Translations under genes and position numbers: made by a program
Assembly: GCA_035996965.1 (NCBI GenBank)
Contig: DASYJB010000011.1
Coordinates: 1 to 61,002, forward strand
Source of the DNA: Casimicrobiaceae bacterium
GTDB lineage: Bacteria > Pseudomonadota > Gammaproteobacteria > Burkholderiales > Casimicrobiaceae
DNA length: 61,002 nt
Direction: 5' to 3'
The notes under the pieces: generated by a model
The model's database searches: none
Told to the model about the DNA's origin: nothing
Seen by the model: only the letters and a program-made list of their open reading frames with translations
Shown: positions 1-10,454 of the stretch, piece after piece
Layout of the letters: each line of letters opens with the position of its first letter
Position numbering within the stretch: position 1 is the first letter of the stretch

Positions 1-40
1 GGCCCCGCATGAAATGCGGGGATGCGACCCCGGAAGCGGA
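1..40 (+). repeat. REP-like hairpin element, copy 1 (truncated by the window edge?)
   Basis: The sequence is GG-CCCCGCAT-gaa-ATGCGGGG-ATGCGACCC-cGGAAGCGG. An 8-bp stem at 3-21 is followed by ATGCGACCC. The same architecture recurs at 30004-30040. Confidence 0.4.
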
Positions 41-181
41 AAAGGCGGCGAATCGGGGCGGCTGCCTAACGCGATCGATATGAGCCGCCGACCCCGAAGG
101 CACTGCCCCGGCGAATCGAGAGGCGGAACCCTTCGATGGTCGGTCTGAGCCGGCGGCGCCGGACTCAGCCGTCCGTGGCCG

Positions 182-2413
182 CTAACGCACTGCGGTGACC
201 GATTCCTTGACGATGCGCGGCGTCAGAAAAATCAGCAGCTCGGTCTTCTCGATGTTCTTGTTGGTCGTCTTGAACAGGTAGCCGAGATACGGCAGGTCGC
301 CGAGGAACGGAATCTTGGTCACGTCGTTGTTGAGCGTTTCCTCGTAGATACCGGCGATGACCGCGGTATCGCCGTTGTTGACGGCGATCTGCGTTATGAC
401 GTTCTTGGTGTCGATCGACGGCACGAATCCGCCGCCCGCGACCGGAACGAACTGCCCGACTGAGTCCTTGCGGATCTCGACCGTCATGATGATGCGGTTG
501 TCGGGCGTGATCTGCGGCGTTACGTCGAGGCGCAGCACCGCCTTCTTGAATTGAACGGTTGCCGGGCTGTTGCCGGTGCCGGGCGTCACGTACGGGATCT
601 CGGTGCCCTGCTCGATGCTGGCCTTCTGGTTGTCGGCGGTCACGACGCGCGGGCTCGACACCACCTTGCCCCGGCTATCGGCTTCGAGCGCCGATAGCTC
701 GAGGTTGATCAGGTTGCCGCTGCCCAGGTTGATCAAGGTGAGCGCGAGCTGGCCGGCCGGGCTGGTGACCGGGAGGTTCACGTTGAGCTGTGGCGAATCC
801 GAATAGCCCGCGCTGGCGATGCCCGATGCAAGCTCGAACGGCGTCTGCGTGCGCGTTTCCCGCGTGGTCGTCGTTCCGCCGCTGGTGCTGACCACCGGCT
901 GCGTGTTGAGACTGCCGCCGATGCCGCCCGCATAGCGCCGGTTCAACGTGAATCCGGTCTGCATGCCGAAGCGCACGCCGAGCTGTCGACCAAACTTGTC
1001 ATCGGCGATGACAATGCGGCTCTCAATGACGACTTGGCGCACCGAAGCGTCGACCTGACGGATGATCCTTCGCACCTCTTCGAGACGCGCCGGAGTATCC
1101 GATACGAACAGGATGTTGCTGCGCGGGTCGAGGATCGCAACGCCGCGCTTCGAAATTATCGAGCCCTGACCGCCTGTGCCGCCGCCGGCACCGCCGGTGC
1201 GGTTGGACGAAATCAGATTTAGCAGATCCTGTGCCTTGATGTAGTTGAGCTGGAACGACTCCGTCACCAGGGGCTCGAGCTCGCTGATCTGCTGCTGGGC
1301 CTCAAGTTGCTGCTTCTCCTTGATGGCAAGCTCCTCGCGCGGCGCGATCAGAACGACGTTGCCGTTCTTGCGCATATCGAGGCCCTTGGTCTGCATGATG
1401 ATATCGAGGGCCTGGTCCCACGGAATGTCCTTCAGCCGCAGCGTGAGGCTGCCGGTCACCGTGTCGCTGGTGATGATGTTGAGGCCGGTAAAGTCTGCGA
1501 TCACCTGCAGCACGGCCCGCACTTCGACGTTCTGGAAGTTGAGCGAAAGCTTCTCGCCCTTGTAGCCCGCGCGCGTACCCTGTGTCAGTCGATTCGGGTC
1601 TTCCTGGATCGGCTTGACCTCGACGATGAAGCGGTTGTCGGTCTGGTACGCCGAGTGCTCCCACAGGCCCTTCGGTTCGATGACCATGCGCGTATTGCCG
1701 GCCTGCTCGAAGGTGTCGATCGTCATCACCGGCGTGGCAAAGTCGCCGACGTCGAGCCTGCGTTCGAGGTTGCGCGGCAGCGACGTCTTGACGAAGTCGA
1801 CGATCAGCGTCTTGCCCTGCTGGCGGATGTCGATGCCGGTCGTCGTATCCGACAGGTCGACGATGATCCGTCCTTCGCCGTTTCGGCCGCGCCGGAAGTC
1901 GATGTCGCGCAAGGCGTGCGCCACCTCGCCGGGCCTCGCCTCGGCGAAGCGCGAGACCGTCGGCGTTTCTGCCGCCGCGGCGGCCGTCTCGCTCAGCGTG
2001 ACGACAACCGTATTGCCTTCGATCTGGGTTTCGAACGATTGCGGCTTGTTCAGGTTGAAGACGACGCGGGTGCGATTGCCTGCCTGTACGACATTGACGC
2101 TGCGCAGCGCCGGATCACCGACCTCCTGCGCCGAGCGACCCATGCCGTTGCCGGTGTCGGGAAAATCGAGCGCGATCCGCGGCGGATTGTTGATCGCGAA
2201 GCCGGCCGGCGGATTGGGCAACGGCGCCTTCAGCGTGAACCGGACGATCGTGCGGCCCGAGCTGCCCTTGGAGACCGTCAGGTTCTCGATGCTATTCGCG
2301 GCCTGCGCCAGCGCATAGCCGATATTGAGCACGAGCAGCGAGGCAACGGCGGCAATGGCGGCCCCTTTGAGCCAATGCTCGCGTTTCGCTTCGGTGGATC
2401 GCGTCGATCTCAT
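182..2413 (-). CDS. pilQ: type IV pilus secretin PilQ
   Basis: ORF 182..3028 was trimmed to the internal ATG at 2411-2413, which forms an ATGA overlap with the pilP stop. The N-terminus MRSTRSTEAKREHWLKGAAIAAVASLLVLNIGYALA is signal-like. The secretin C-terminus reads IPFLGDLPYLGYLFK...ELLIFLTPRIV. It is the last gene of pilMNOPQ. Confidence 0.93.
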   Translation of the reverse strand: MRSTRSTEAKREHWLKGAAIAAVASLLVLNIGYALAQAANSIENLTVSKGSSGRTIVRFTLKAPLPNPPAGFAINNPPRIALDFPDTGNGMGRSAQEVGDPALRSVNVVQAGNRTRVVFNLNKPQSFETQIEGNTVVVTLSETAAAAAETPTVSRFAEARPGEVAHALRDIDFRRGRNGEGRIIVDLSDTTTGIDIRQQGKTLIVDFVKTSLPRNLERRLDVGDFATPVMTIDTFEQAGNTRMVIEPKGLWEHSAYQTDNRFIVEVKPIQEDPNRLTQGTRAGYKGEKLSLNFQNVEVRAVLQVIADFTGLNIITSDTVTGSLTLRLKDIPWDQALDIIMQTKGLDMRKNGNVVLIAPREELAIKEKQQLEAQQQISELEPLVTESFQLNYIKAQDLLNLISSNRTGGAGGGTGGQGSIISKRGVAILDPRSNILFVSDTPARLEEVRRIIRQVDASVRQVVIESRIVIADDKFGRQLGVRFGMQTGFTLNRRYAGGIGGSLNTQPVVSTSGGTTTTRETRTQTPFELASGIASAGYSDSPQLNVNLPVTSPAGQLALTLINLGSGNLINLELSALEADSRGKVVSSPRVVTADNQKASIEQGTEIPYVTPGTGNSPATVQFKKAVLRLDVTPQITPDNRIIMTVEIRKDSVGQFVPVAGGGFVPSIDTKNVITQIAVNNGDTAVIAGIYEETLNNDVTKIPFLGDLPYLGYLFKTTNKNIEKTELLIFLTPRIVKESVTAVR

Positions 2414-2943
2414 CTGCGTCGCTCCTGTCTTGTGTCCGCATCGGCGAGCTGGAGCGTACTGGTTCGTTCCGTCCAGTCGCCGGCACCGTCCTGCACCAGT
2501 TCTTTTAGTCGAATGTCGCCGTCCCCTATGTCGACGATGACGCCGAAGTTCTGACCCAAGTAGTTTCCGACCTTGACCTGATAAACGTCCCTGTCGGTCG
2601 TTCTGACCAGCGCGTACGTGCTCTTGCCACGCTGCAGCGTGCCGACCATCTGCAGCGATTCCAGCGGGTAGGATTCGAGCGGCTCCTTGCGCCGGTTCAG
2701 ATCCGGCGCGAGCTTGCTGCCACCCTTGACGGGCTCGATCTTGCGCGGCTTGAACGGATCGGCGAGGTCGAACGCGTTGTAAGCGAACGGCTCGTAGGGC
2801 CGCACCTGCGGCAGCGGATCGAGCTTGCCCTTGACCCCTTTGCCCTGATCCTGCATCCAGGCGCGCAAGTCCTGATGGCTTTCGCCGCCGCACGCGGCGA
2901 CGAGGATGGCGGCGACGCCACAAGCGGCCAATCGCGGCTTCAT
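2410..2943 (-). CDS. pilP: type IV pilus assembly lipoprotein PilP
   Basis: The product is 177 aa with a lipoprotein-type signal (MKPRLAACGVAAILVAACGG). It sits between pilO and pilQ with 4-nt overlaps on both sides. Confidence 0.85.
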   Translation of the reverse strand: MKPRLAACGVAAILVAACGGESHQDLRAWMQDQGKGVKGKLDPLPQVRPYEPFAYNAFDLADPFKPRKIEPVKGGSKLAPDLNRRKEPLESYPLESLQMVGTLQRGKSTYALVRTTDRDVYQVKVGNYLGQNFGVIVDIGDGDIRLKELVQDGAGDWTERTSTLQLADADTRQERRR

Positions 2944-3566
2944 TTCTTGCCCTTGGCTTCCTTCGCCGATTTGCGCTGCTTGGCGATTTCGTCCTCGTCC
3001 AGGTAGCGGAAAGTCTTGGCGGTCGCATCCATCACCAGCGTGCCCTTGTCATTCACAATGCCAATGTCATTCAGCGTGACGATTCGAGGAAGCTGCGCCA
3101 CATCGCTGGCGAATGCTCCCATATCATGATATGTGCCCGTCACCCGCACCGTGATCGGCAATTCGGCGTAGAACTCGGCGATCCTCTCGCGAGTCGCCGG
3201 ACGGAACAGCTCGAATTGCAGCCCGCGGCCGAGTCCCGCCTGGTTGATGTCGGTCAGCAGCGCGTCCATTTCGCTCTTGTTGGGCAACTGCTTGAGCAGC
3301 GCGCCGAACGCCTGCTCGATCTCCTTGAGCTGCTGAACGTAGAGCTCGAGGTTGACCGCCTTGGCCTTCTTTTCGGAATACGAAACCCGGAGTTTGGCCT
3401 CCTCGTCCTGGGCGCGATCGAGCGCGTCGATCTGATCCTTCCAGTCGAAGAACGCACCGGCCAGCAGGATCAGGACGACCAGCACGCCCAGGACCGCGAT
3501 CTTCGGCAACAGCGGCCAGTTTCCCGCCTCGCGGAAATTGAGGCGGCGGATGTCGTCGAGGGTCAT
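2940..3566 (-). CDS. pilO: type IV pilus assembly protein PilO
   Basis: The start is the internal ATG at 3564-3566 (ATGA overlap with the pilN stop). The N-terminus is MTLDDIRRLNFREAGNWPLLPKIAVLGVLVVLILL, a single TM segment followed by a coiled-coil region. Its position in the operon supports the call. Confidence 0.85.
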   Translation of the reverse strand: MTLDDIRRLNFREAGNWPLLPKIAVLGVLVVLILLAGAFFDWKDQIDALDRAQDEEAKLRVSYSEKKAKAVNLELYVQQLKEIEQAFGALLKQLPNKSEMDALLTDINQAGLGRGLQFELFRPATRERIAEFYAELPITVRVTGTYHDMGAFASDVAQLPRIVTLNDIGIVNDKGTLVMDATAKTFRYLDEDEIAKQRKSAKEAKGKK

Positions 3567-4195
3567 GTTTGCGGCCCCTTCGCTTGCGGCGCAGTCGTCG
3601 TAGTCTTGGCCGCAGCGGGCGGAAGCTTGCCCACGGCAGTGCCGGGCGTTTCGGCCGGGCGCTTCATCTGCATGCTCAACGTGAACTCGTTGACCTTCTG
3701 CTTGTCGAGCGGCACCGACTTGATTTCGACCAGCTCGGGCGTCGCGAGCCACGGCGAGCTCTCGATGCTTCGCATCAGCGTCGAGACGCGGGCGTTCGAC
3801 TGGGCGTAACCGGTCAGCGTCACCTTCGATCCCACCTGCTTGACCGACTTCAGGTAGAGCCCATCGGGGAGCTGCCGCACCAGCTGGTCGAGCAGGTGCA
3901 CCGCCTCGGTCCGGTTCGACTGCAGCGTCTCGACGATCTGCTTGCGCGCCAGCAGCGCCTGGGTCTGCTCGCGCAGCTTGTCGATCTCCTTGATCTGCTC
4001 GTCGAGCTTGGCGATCTCGGTTTTCAGCAGCGTGTTACGCCCGTTCTGGTTTTCGATCTGGGCGGCAATGACGATATGAACCAGGCCGACGATCGCGACG
4101 CCGAGCACCGCGAGCCCGACGGCCAGCGAGATGAACTGGCGCTGACGCGCCTGGCGTTTCTGCTCGCGGTGGGGCAGAAGGTTGACGCGGATCAT
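3563..4195 (-). CDS. pilN: type IV pilus assembly protein PilN
   Basis: It has the PilN-type N-terminus MIRVNLLPHREQKRQARQRQF followed by a TM helix. It sits between pilM and pilO. Confidence 0.88.
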   Translation of the reverse strand: MIRVNLLPHREQKRQARQRQFISLAVGLAVLGVAIVGLVHIVIAAQIENQNGRNTLLKTEIAKLDEQIKEIDKLREQTQALLARKQIVETLQSNRTEAVHLLDQLVRQLPDGLYLKSVKQVGSKVTLTGYAQSNARVSTLMRSIESSPWLATPELVEIKSVPLDKQKVNEFTLSMQMKRPAETPGTAVGKLPPAAAKTTTTAPQAKGPQT

Positions 4196-4197
4196 GG

Positions 4198-5289
4198 CTA
4201 TTCGAACCCGCGCAGCGCGAGGCCGCAGGCGATCAGCAGCAGCGGCGCGTCCGCCGCGAGCTGGCGCGGCCGGATGCGATCGGACATCGTCATGCTGGCG
4301 AATGGGTTGCCGACGATCGTGGTGACGCCGGCGCGCTTGGCGACCAGCTCGTCGAGCCCGGACAGAAGCGCGCAGCCGCCGGTAAGGACGACCTGGTCGA
4401 CCTGGCTGTATGAGGTCGAGGTGAAGAAGAACTGCAAGGCCCGGGTCACTTCCAGCGCCAGGGTCTCCATGAACGGCTGCAGCACATCGGCGTCATAATT
4501 CTCCGGCAGCCCGGCATTTTTCTTCGCCGATTCGGCCTCTTCCGGCGATAAGTTGAACGCGCGCTGGATGTCGTGGGTCAACTGGTTGCCGCCGAAGGCC
4601 TGGTCGCGGGAGAACAGGATTTGATTGTTGCGCAATACGTAGAAGTGCATCACATGGGCGCCGATGTCGACCAGCGCCACGTTCTGGTCGCGGGCGTTCG
4701 CCGGCAGCGACGGCGCGATCATGCGGAAGGCCTCTTCGGTCGCATACGACTCGACGTCCATCACCTGGGGCCGCAGCCCGGCGTTGTCGGCGATGGCGAC
4801 CCGGTCGTCGACCTTTTCCTTGCGCGAAGCCGCGATCAGGACCTCGACGTCCTCGGCGTTGTTCGGCGCCGGGCCGAGGATCTGGAAATCGAGGTTGACT
4901 TCGTCCAGCGCGAACGGGATGTACTGGTTGGCCTCGGCCTCGACCTGCAGCTCCAGCTCCTCTTCGGTCTGGCCGGCCGGCACGATGATCTTCTTGGTGA
5001 TGACCATCGCCGTCGGCAGCGCCATTGCGATATGCTTGTTGCGGCTGCCGAGGCGCTTGTGCGCGCGGCGGAGGGCCTCGCTGACCTGGTCGAGGTTGAC
5101 GATATTGCCGTCGCTGATCAGATCCTTGACCAGAGGTTCGATCGTGTAGCGCTCGAGCCGATAGGCTCCCTTGCCGGTTTCGGAGAGTTCGACCAGTTTT
5201 ACGGCCGACGAGCTGATGTCGACGCCGATCAGCGGCGGCGCCTTTGTTTGCAAAAATGCAAACGCGGAATCGAGTTTTTCCTTCAGCAT
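4198..5289 (-). CDS. pilM: type IV pilus assembly ATPase-fold protein PilM
   Basis: The product is 363 aa with an actin-like fold. Supporting segments are LIGVDISSSAVKLVEL and VALVDIGAHVMHFYV. It is the first gene of the pil operon. Confidence 0.92.
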   Translation of the reverse strand: MLKEKLDSAFAFLQTKAPPLIGVDISSSAVKLVELSETGKGAYRLERYTIEPLVKDLISDGNIVNLDQVSEALRRAHKRLGSRNKHIAMALPTAMVITKKIIVPAGQTEEELELQVEAEANQYIPFALDEVNLDFQILGPAPNNAEDVEVLIAASRKEKVDDRVAIADNAGLRPQVMDVESYATEEAFRMIAPSLPANARDQNVALVDIGAHVMHFYVLRNNQILFSRDQAFGGNQLTHDIQRAFNLSPEEAESAKKNAGLPENYDADVLQPFMETLALEVTRALQFFFTSTSYSQVDQVVLTGGCALLSGLDELVAKRAGVTTIVGNPFASMTMSDRIRPRQLAADAPLLLIACGLALRGFE

Positions 5290-5369
5290 GGGAACTTTAG
5301 GCGTGCTTCATATAAATTACATTAAACAGTAGCAGCAAATATAAACCATGTAAAACTGTTTTTTCAAGT

Positions 5370-5398
5370 TTATCTTGGCTCCTAACCCTGCATATAAT
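5370..5398 (+). promoter_or_regulatory. candidate sigma70 promoter for mrcA (TTATCT-17-TATAAT)
   Basis: A perfect TATAAT lies at 5393-5398 inside the only AT-rich stretch of the window (5290-5438). The -35 is weak. The pilM promoter must lie in the same spacer on the other strand. Confidence 0.35.
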
Positions 5399-5438
5399 CG
5401 CGGCTCCCGCCCGGCCGCCCGGTAACTTTAATTCACCC

Positions 5439-7760
5439 ATGCTAAAGCGCTGGCTGGTCTATCTCGCGGCCGTATTGGCGGGCCTGGGGCTCGTCGGGGC
5501 CCTGCTCGTAGCCTTTGTCTTTGCACTGCTTTATCCCACTTTGCCGTCACTAGAGACGCTGACGGACTACCAGCCCAAGATACCCCTCAAAATAGTCTCG
5601 GCGGAAGGGGCTGTCCTAGGGGAGTTCGGCGAAGAGCGGCGGGCTATCGTCAAAATCAAGGAAGTCCCGGATGTCATGCGTCGGGCGATCCTCGCCGCCG
5701 AGGACGAGCGCTTCTATCAGCACGGCGGAGTCGACTACCTATCGGTCCTTCGAGCGGCGCTGGCCAATGTCAGTGGCGGTGCCCCGCAGGGCGCCGGCAC
5801 GATAACGATGCAGGTCGCCCGGAATTTCTTCCTGACACGTGAGCGAACGCTCACTCGCAAGCTTCGCGAGGTCATGCTTGCCTATAAGATCGAGTCTAAC
5901 CTGTCCAAGGACGAAATACTCGAGCTCTACATCAATCAGATCTTCCTCGGCCAGCGGGCGTACGGCTTCGCGGCGGCAGCCCAGATCTACTTCGGCAAGC
6001 CCCTCCAGGAGCTCAGCATCGCCGAGGCGGCGATGCTGGCCGGCCTGCCCAAGGCGCCGTCGGCCTACAACCCGGTCGCCAACCCCAAGCGGGCCCGCGG
6101 CCGCCAGCTGTACGTCCTGCGGCGCATGCACGAGCTCCATTACATCAGCGACGACCAGTTCGTCGTCGCCCAGAACACCCCGCTGGCCGTCCACCAAACG
6201 TTGCAGGAATACGACACTCATGCCCAGTTCGCGGCCGAAATGGCCCGCCAGATCGTCATCGACAGCTACGGCGAGGAGGGCTACACCCGGGGCCTGACCG
6301 TCTATACGACGCTGCGCAAGGACGACCAGGCCGCGGCTTACGCGGCTGTCCGGCGCGGCGTCGTCGATTACGACCGGCGGCACGGCTACCGCGGCCCAGA
6401 GGCCTATATCAGCCTCCCCACTGACCCGTCCGAGCTCGAAGATGCGCTCGACACCGCCTTCCAGGATGTCAGCGACGCCGACAACCTCGAGGCGGCGATC
6501 GTGCTGGAGGCATCGCCCGCCTCGGTCAAAGTCGTGCGCAGCGATGGCGACATCCTGGTCATCAACGGCGAGGGCCTCAAGTTCGTCGCGCGCGCGCTTT
6601 CCGACAAAGCTCCGGCGGCCAGCCGGATCCGGCGCGGCGCGCTGATTCGTATCGCCAGCGACGACAAAGGCAACTGGCAGATCGCCGAGATGCCGCAGGT
6701 CGAGTCGGCGCTGGTCTCGGTCCGGCCCAGCGACGGGGCGATCCTGTCGCTGGTCGGCGGGTTCGACTTCGACCGCAACAAGTTCAATCACGTGACCCAG
6801 GCATACCGGCAGCCGGGGTCCAGCTTCAAGCCCTTCATCTACTCGGCCGCGCTGGAAAAAGGCTTCAGCCCGGCGACCGTCGTCAACGATGCACCCCTCT
6901 ACTTCGACGCAGCGCAGACCGGAGGCGAGCCGTGGGAGCCGAAGAATTACGACGGCACTTTCGACGGGCCGATGCGGCTGCGCACCGCGCTGATGAAATC
7001 GAAGAATCTGGTCACGGTGCGCGTGATGCAGGCGATCGGCCCGCAGTACGCGCAGGACTACATCGCGCGCTTCGGCTTCGATCCGAAAATGCATCCGGCG
7101 TATCTGACGATGGCGCTGGGCGCCGGTGCCGCGACGCCGCTGCAGATGGTCGCAGCGTATGCGGTATTCGCCAACGGCGGCTATCGCGTGACTCCCTATC
7201 TGATCGACAGAGTCGTCGACGGACGCGGCAACGTGCTCTCGAAGGCGACGCCCGCCGTGGCAGGCGTCAATGCCGAGCCGGCGATCGATCCGCGCAACGC
7301 CTTCATCATGACGACGATGCTGCGCGACGTCGTCCGCGCCGGCACCGGGGCCCGCGCCAACCAGCTCGGCCGCAAGGACCTCGCCGGCAAGACGGGGACG
7401 ACCAACGACAGCGTCGACGCGTGGTTCTGCGGCTTCAATGCATCGATGGTCGCGGTTGCCTGGATAGGGTTCGATCAGCCGCGTACGCTCGGCAACAATG
7501 AGACCGGCGCGGTTGCGGCATTGCCGATCTGGATGGCGTTCATGGCGAAGGCGCTAAAGGGCGTGCCCGAAACGCCGCTCAAGCAGCCGGAAGGCGTCGT
7601 CACTGCGCGCGTCAATGCGGATTCGGGCCTGCGCGAAAGCGACGACCGCAGCGGGATTTCCGAGTACTTTTTCTCGGAGTTCATGCCGCGCAAGCGCGAC
7701 GATGCACTGGCGACCGACGGCGGCCGCGCGCCGCCCGAGGTGCGCAATCAGCTTTTCTAG
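5439..7760 (+). CDS. mrcA: penicillin-binding protein 1A (bifunctional glycosyltransferase/transpeptidase)
   Basis: The product is 773 aa with an N-terminal TM anchor. GT51 motifs are AILAAEDERFYQHGGVD and RKLREVMLAYKIE. Transpeptidase motifs are PGSSFKPFIY (SxxK) and KTGTTND. The pilM-divergent position is classic for this gene. Confidence 0.95.
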   Translation: MLKRWLVYLAAVLAGLGLVGALLVAFVFALLYPTLPSLETLTDYQPKIPLKIVSAEGAVLGEFGEERRAIVKIKEVPDVMRRAILAAEDERFYQHGGVDYLSVLRAALANVSGGAPQGAGTITMQVARNFFLTRERTLTRKLREVMLAYKIESNLSKDEILELYINQIFLGQRAYGFAAAAQIYFGKPLQELSIAEAAMLAGLPKAPSAYNPVANPKRARGRQLYVLRRMHELHYISDDQFVVAQNTPLAVHQTLQEYDTHAQFAAEMARQIVIDSYGEEGYTRGLTVYTTLRKDDQAAAYAAVRRGVVDYDRRHGYRGPEAYISLPTDPSELEDALDTAFQDVSDADNLEAAIVLEASPASVKVVRSDGDILVINGEGLKFVARALSDKAPAASRIRRGALIRIASDDKGNWQIAEMPQVESALVSVRPSDGAILSLVGGFDFDRNKFNHVTQAYRQPGSSFKPFIYSAALEKGFSPATVVNDAPLYFDAAQTGGEPWEPKNYDGTFDGPMRLRTALMKSKNLVTVRVMQAIGPQYAQDYIARFGFDPKMHPAYLTMALGAGAATPLQMVAAYAVFANGGYRVTPYLIDRVVDGRGNVLSKATPAVAGVNAEPAIDPRNAFIMTTMLRDVVRAGTGARANQLGRKDLAGKTGTTNDSVDAWFCGFNASMVAVAWIGFDQPRTLGNNETGAVAALPIWMAFMAKALKGVPETPLKQPEGVVTARVNADSGLRESDDRSGISEYFFSEFMPRKRDDALATDGGRAPPEVRNQLF

Positions 7761-7764
7761 GCCG

Positions 7765-8376
7765 GTGGCACCGCATATCGCATCGTCGCAGGCATCCCGC
7801 AACCGGGTGCGGATTGCACAGGCGGCGGCGCGGCTGATCGCCGAGCACGGACTGTCCGACTGGGCGGCTGCGAAGCGCAAGGCCTGCCGCGAGCTGGGCT
7901 TGAGCGATCGCGAAGCGCTGCCGGCCAACGAAGAGATCGAGCAGGCGTTGCGCGATTACAACAGCCTCTTCCACCCGCAGGCTCAGGCGGACTCGTTGCG
8001 CGCCCAGCGCCTGATCGCGCTGGAATGGATGGAGCGCCTGTCGCCGTGGCGGCCGCTGCTGGTCGGCGGCGTCGCCGCGGGCTGGGCGACCGCGCACAGC
8101 GATGTAAGGCTCGAGCTCGAGGCCGAGGATCCGAAAGCCGTGGAGCTCGGCTTGATCAACGCCGGCATCGAGTACACCGCCGCGGCGCCGGTGGGCGGGG
8201 CGACGCCGGGTGCGCGTCTGGACGCCGGGCGCGGGGCGGCCGCGGTGCGCCTCGACATCGTTTCGCCGCAACAGCGCCGCAACCGTCCGCGTCGCAACGA
8301 CGAGGAACGGCTGTCGCTGTCCGACTTGAAGTCGCTGTTGGCGAACGCCGCAAGCGCAGTGGATCCGGCGTCCTAG
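7765..8376 (+). CDS. conserved-looking hypothetical protein (function unknown)
   Basis: ORF 7615..8376 overlaps the mrcA 3' end. The in-frame GTG at 7765 starts 5 nt after the mrcA stop. Third-position G/C is high throughout. I recognise no motif. Confidence 0.6.
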   Translation: MAPHIASSQASRNRVRIAQAAARLIAEHGLSDWAAAKRKACRELGLSDREALPANEEIEQALRDYNSLFHPQAQADSLRAQRLIALEWMERLSPWRPLLVGGVAAGWATAHSDVRLELEAEDPKAVELGLINAGIEYTAAAPVGGATPGARLDAGRGAAAVRLDIVSPQQRRNRPRRNDEERLSLSDLKSLLANAASAVDPAS

Positions 8377-8383
8377 GGTCTAA

Positions 8384-9400
<1,017 letters not shown>

Positions 9401-9633
9401 TCAGCCCTGGTTGCGCGAAGTCGCTGCGAGCGCATCGTAGCTCGCTCGCATCGTCGCGGGCAACAAGTCCGTTTTGTCGGTCCGCATGCGATCGAACAAT
9501 CGTCGAGCGGGACGTGGAACTCTTTTGTTGGGAGGCCGGTCATATCCCGCAGACGATAGCATCGTCTCCCGCTTTCCTCCCTGAGCGGGTGCCCTTCGGT
9601 TGCGTAACCCTACCAGCCGAAGGGCGTTCTTCG

Positions 9634-9674
9634 GGCCCCGTCTCACTCCCCTTGATGTCGGGGCCTTTCTTTTT
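9634..9674 (+). terminator. terminator-like hairpin plus T-run on the + strand (orphan; no + strand gene upstream)
   Basis: The sequence is GGCCCCG (9634-40), an 18-nt loop, CGGGGCC (9659-65), then TTTCTTTTT (9666-74). It overlaps the last codons of engB on the - strand. See the finding. Confidence 0.35.
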
Positions 9675-10311
9675 GTGCCGGCAGAATCGCGGCCTCCGCT
9701 GCAAACGGCGCCAGCCAGCTCCCTACCGCCTGCTCAGCATCGGCAAGACCGAGCTTTCGCGTCGCCGAAAATAGCTGCACGCTGATTCGATCCGCATGCG
9801 CCGCATAGTCCTGCGCCAATTCGCGCTGCACGCCGGCGAGAATGCGTCGCTGTTCGGCGACGGTGAACTTGTCGGCCTTGGTCAGCAGGATATGGGTCGG
9901 GCGCAGCGAGGGAAGGAACCAGTCGAGCATTTGCCGGTCGAGGTCGGTCATCGCCCGTCGCGCATCCATCACCAATACCAGCCCGGTGAGCGGCACGCGC
10001 TCGGCAAGATAGCGCGCGATAAAATGCTGCCAGTGTCGCCGAATCGCGGCGGGCACCTCGGCGTAGCCGTACCCGGGCAGATCGGCGAGCAAGGCGCCCG
10101 AGCGCAGACGAAAGAAGTTGATGTTCTGCGTGCGTCCCGGCGTCTTGCTGACGAACGCCAGCCGCATTCGCTGCGCCAGCGCGTTGATCGCCGAGGACTT
10201 GCCGGCGTTCGATCGCCCGGCGAATGCGACCTCGGGCGCGCCGTCGACAGGCAGCTGGTGCCAGTCCGCCGCGGTCGTCAGGAACTCCGCACCGTGGAAT
10301 GGATGCTTCAC
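9643..10311 (-). CDS. engB: ribosome biogenesis GTP-binding protein EngB/YsxC/YihA
   Basis: Motifs are the P-loop [16 protein letters not shown] and TKADK. I chose the GTG at 10309-10311 ([17 protein letters not shown]...) because it reproduces the usual EngB N-terminal length. An upstream ATG at 10386 is also in frame. Confidence 0.88.
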   Translation of the reverse strand: MKHPFHGAEFLTTAADWHQLPVDGAPEVAFAGRSNAGKSSAINALAQRMRLAFVSKTPGRTQNINFFRLRSGALLADLPGYGYAEVPAAIRRHWQHFIARYLAERVPLTGLVLVMDARRAMTDLDRQMLDWFLPSLRPTHILLTKADKFTVAEQRRILAGVQRELAQDYAAHADRISVQLFSATRKLGLADAEQAVGSWLAPFAAEAAILPAQKERPRHQGE

Positions 10312-10334
10312 CGCGCTCGCCCCGGCGGCGACGT

Positions 10335-10364
10335 TTGGGCCGGCCGCGACGGATTCGGTACAAT
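10335..10364 (+). promoter_or_regulatory. candidate sigma70 promoter for the cytochrome c4 gene (TTGGGC-18-TACAAT)
   Basis: The hexamers were read by eye in the engB/cytochrome divergent spacer. This placement only makes sense if engB starts at 10311. Confidence 0.3.
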
Positions 10365-10454
10365 GCGCGGTCGGCTTGCGTCGCATGCGTGCGCGAGCGA
10401 CGCCCGATGCGCGGACTGGACCGCCGGGCCGCCGAATCGAGGGAGCGTCGAACA

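Noticed and set aside
143-170. A hairpin downstream of pilQ, considered as the pil operon terminator
   Set aside because: The stem is imperfect with a bulge, and there is no U-run on the - strand. That is not enough support to annotate it.
2414-3028. A 205-codon N-terminal extension of the pilQ ORF (track ORF 182..3028)
   Set aside because: The extension runs through pilP in another frame and is Arg-rich. The internal ATG at 2413 gives a signal-like N-terminus and an ATGA coupling to pilP.
9401-9646. An 81-aa ORF (- strand) and 85-86-aa ORFs (+ strand) in the engB-hemB spacer
   Set aside because: They are Arg/Pro-rich, have no RBS, and overlap the predicted RNA helices. I treat the region as non-coding.
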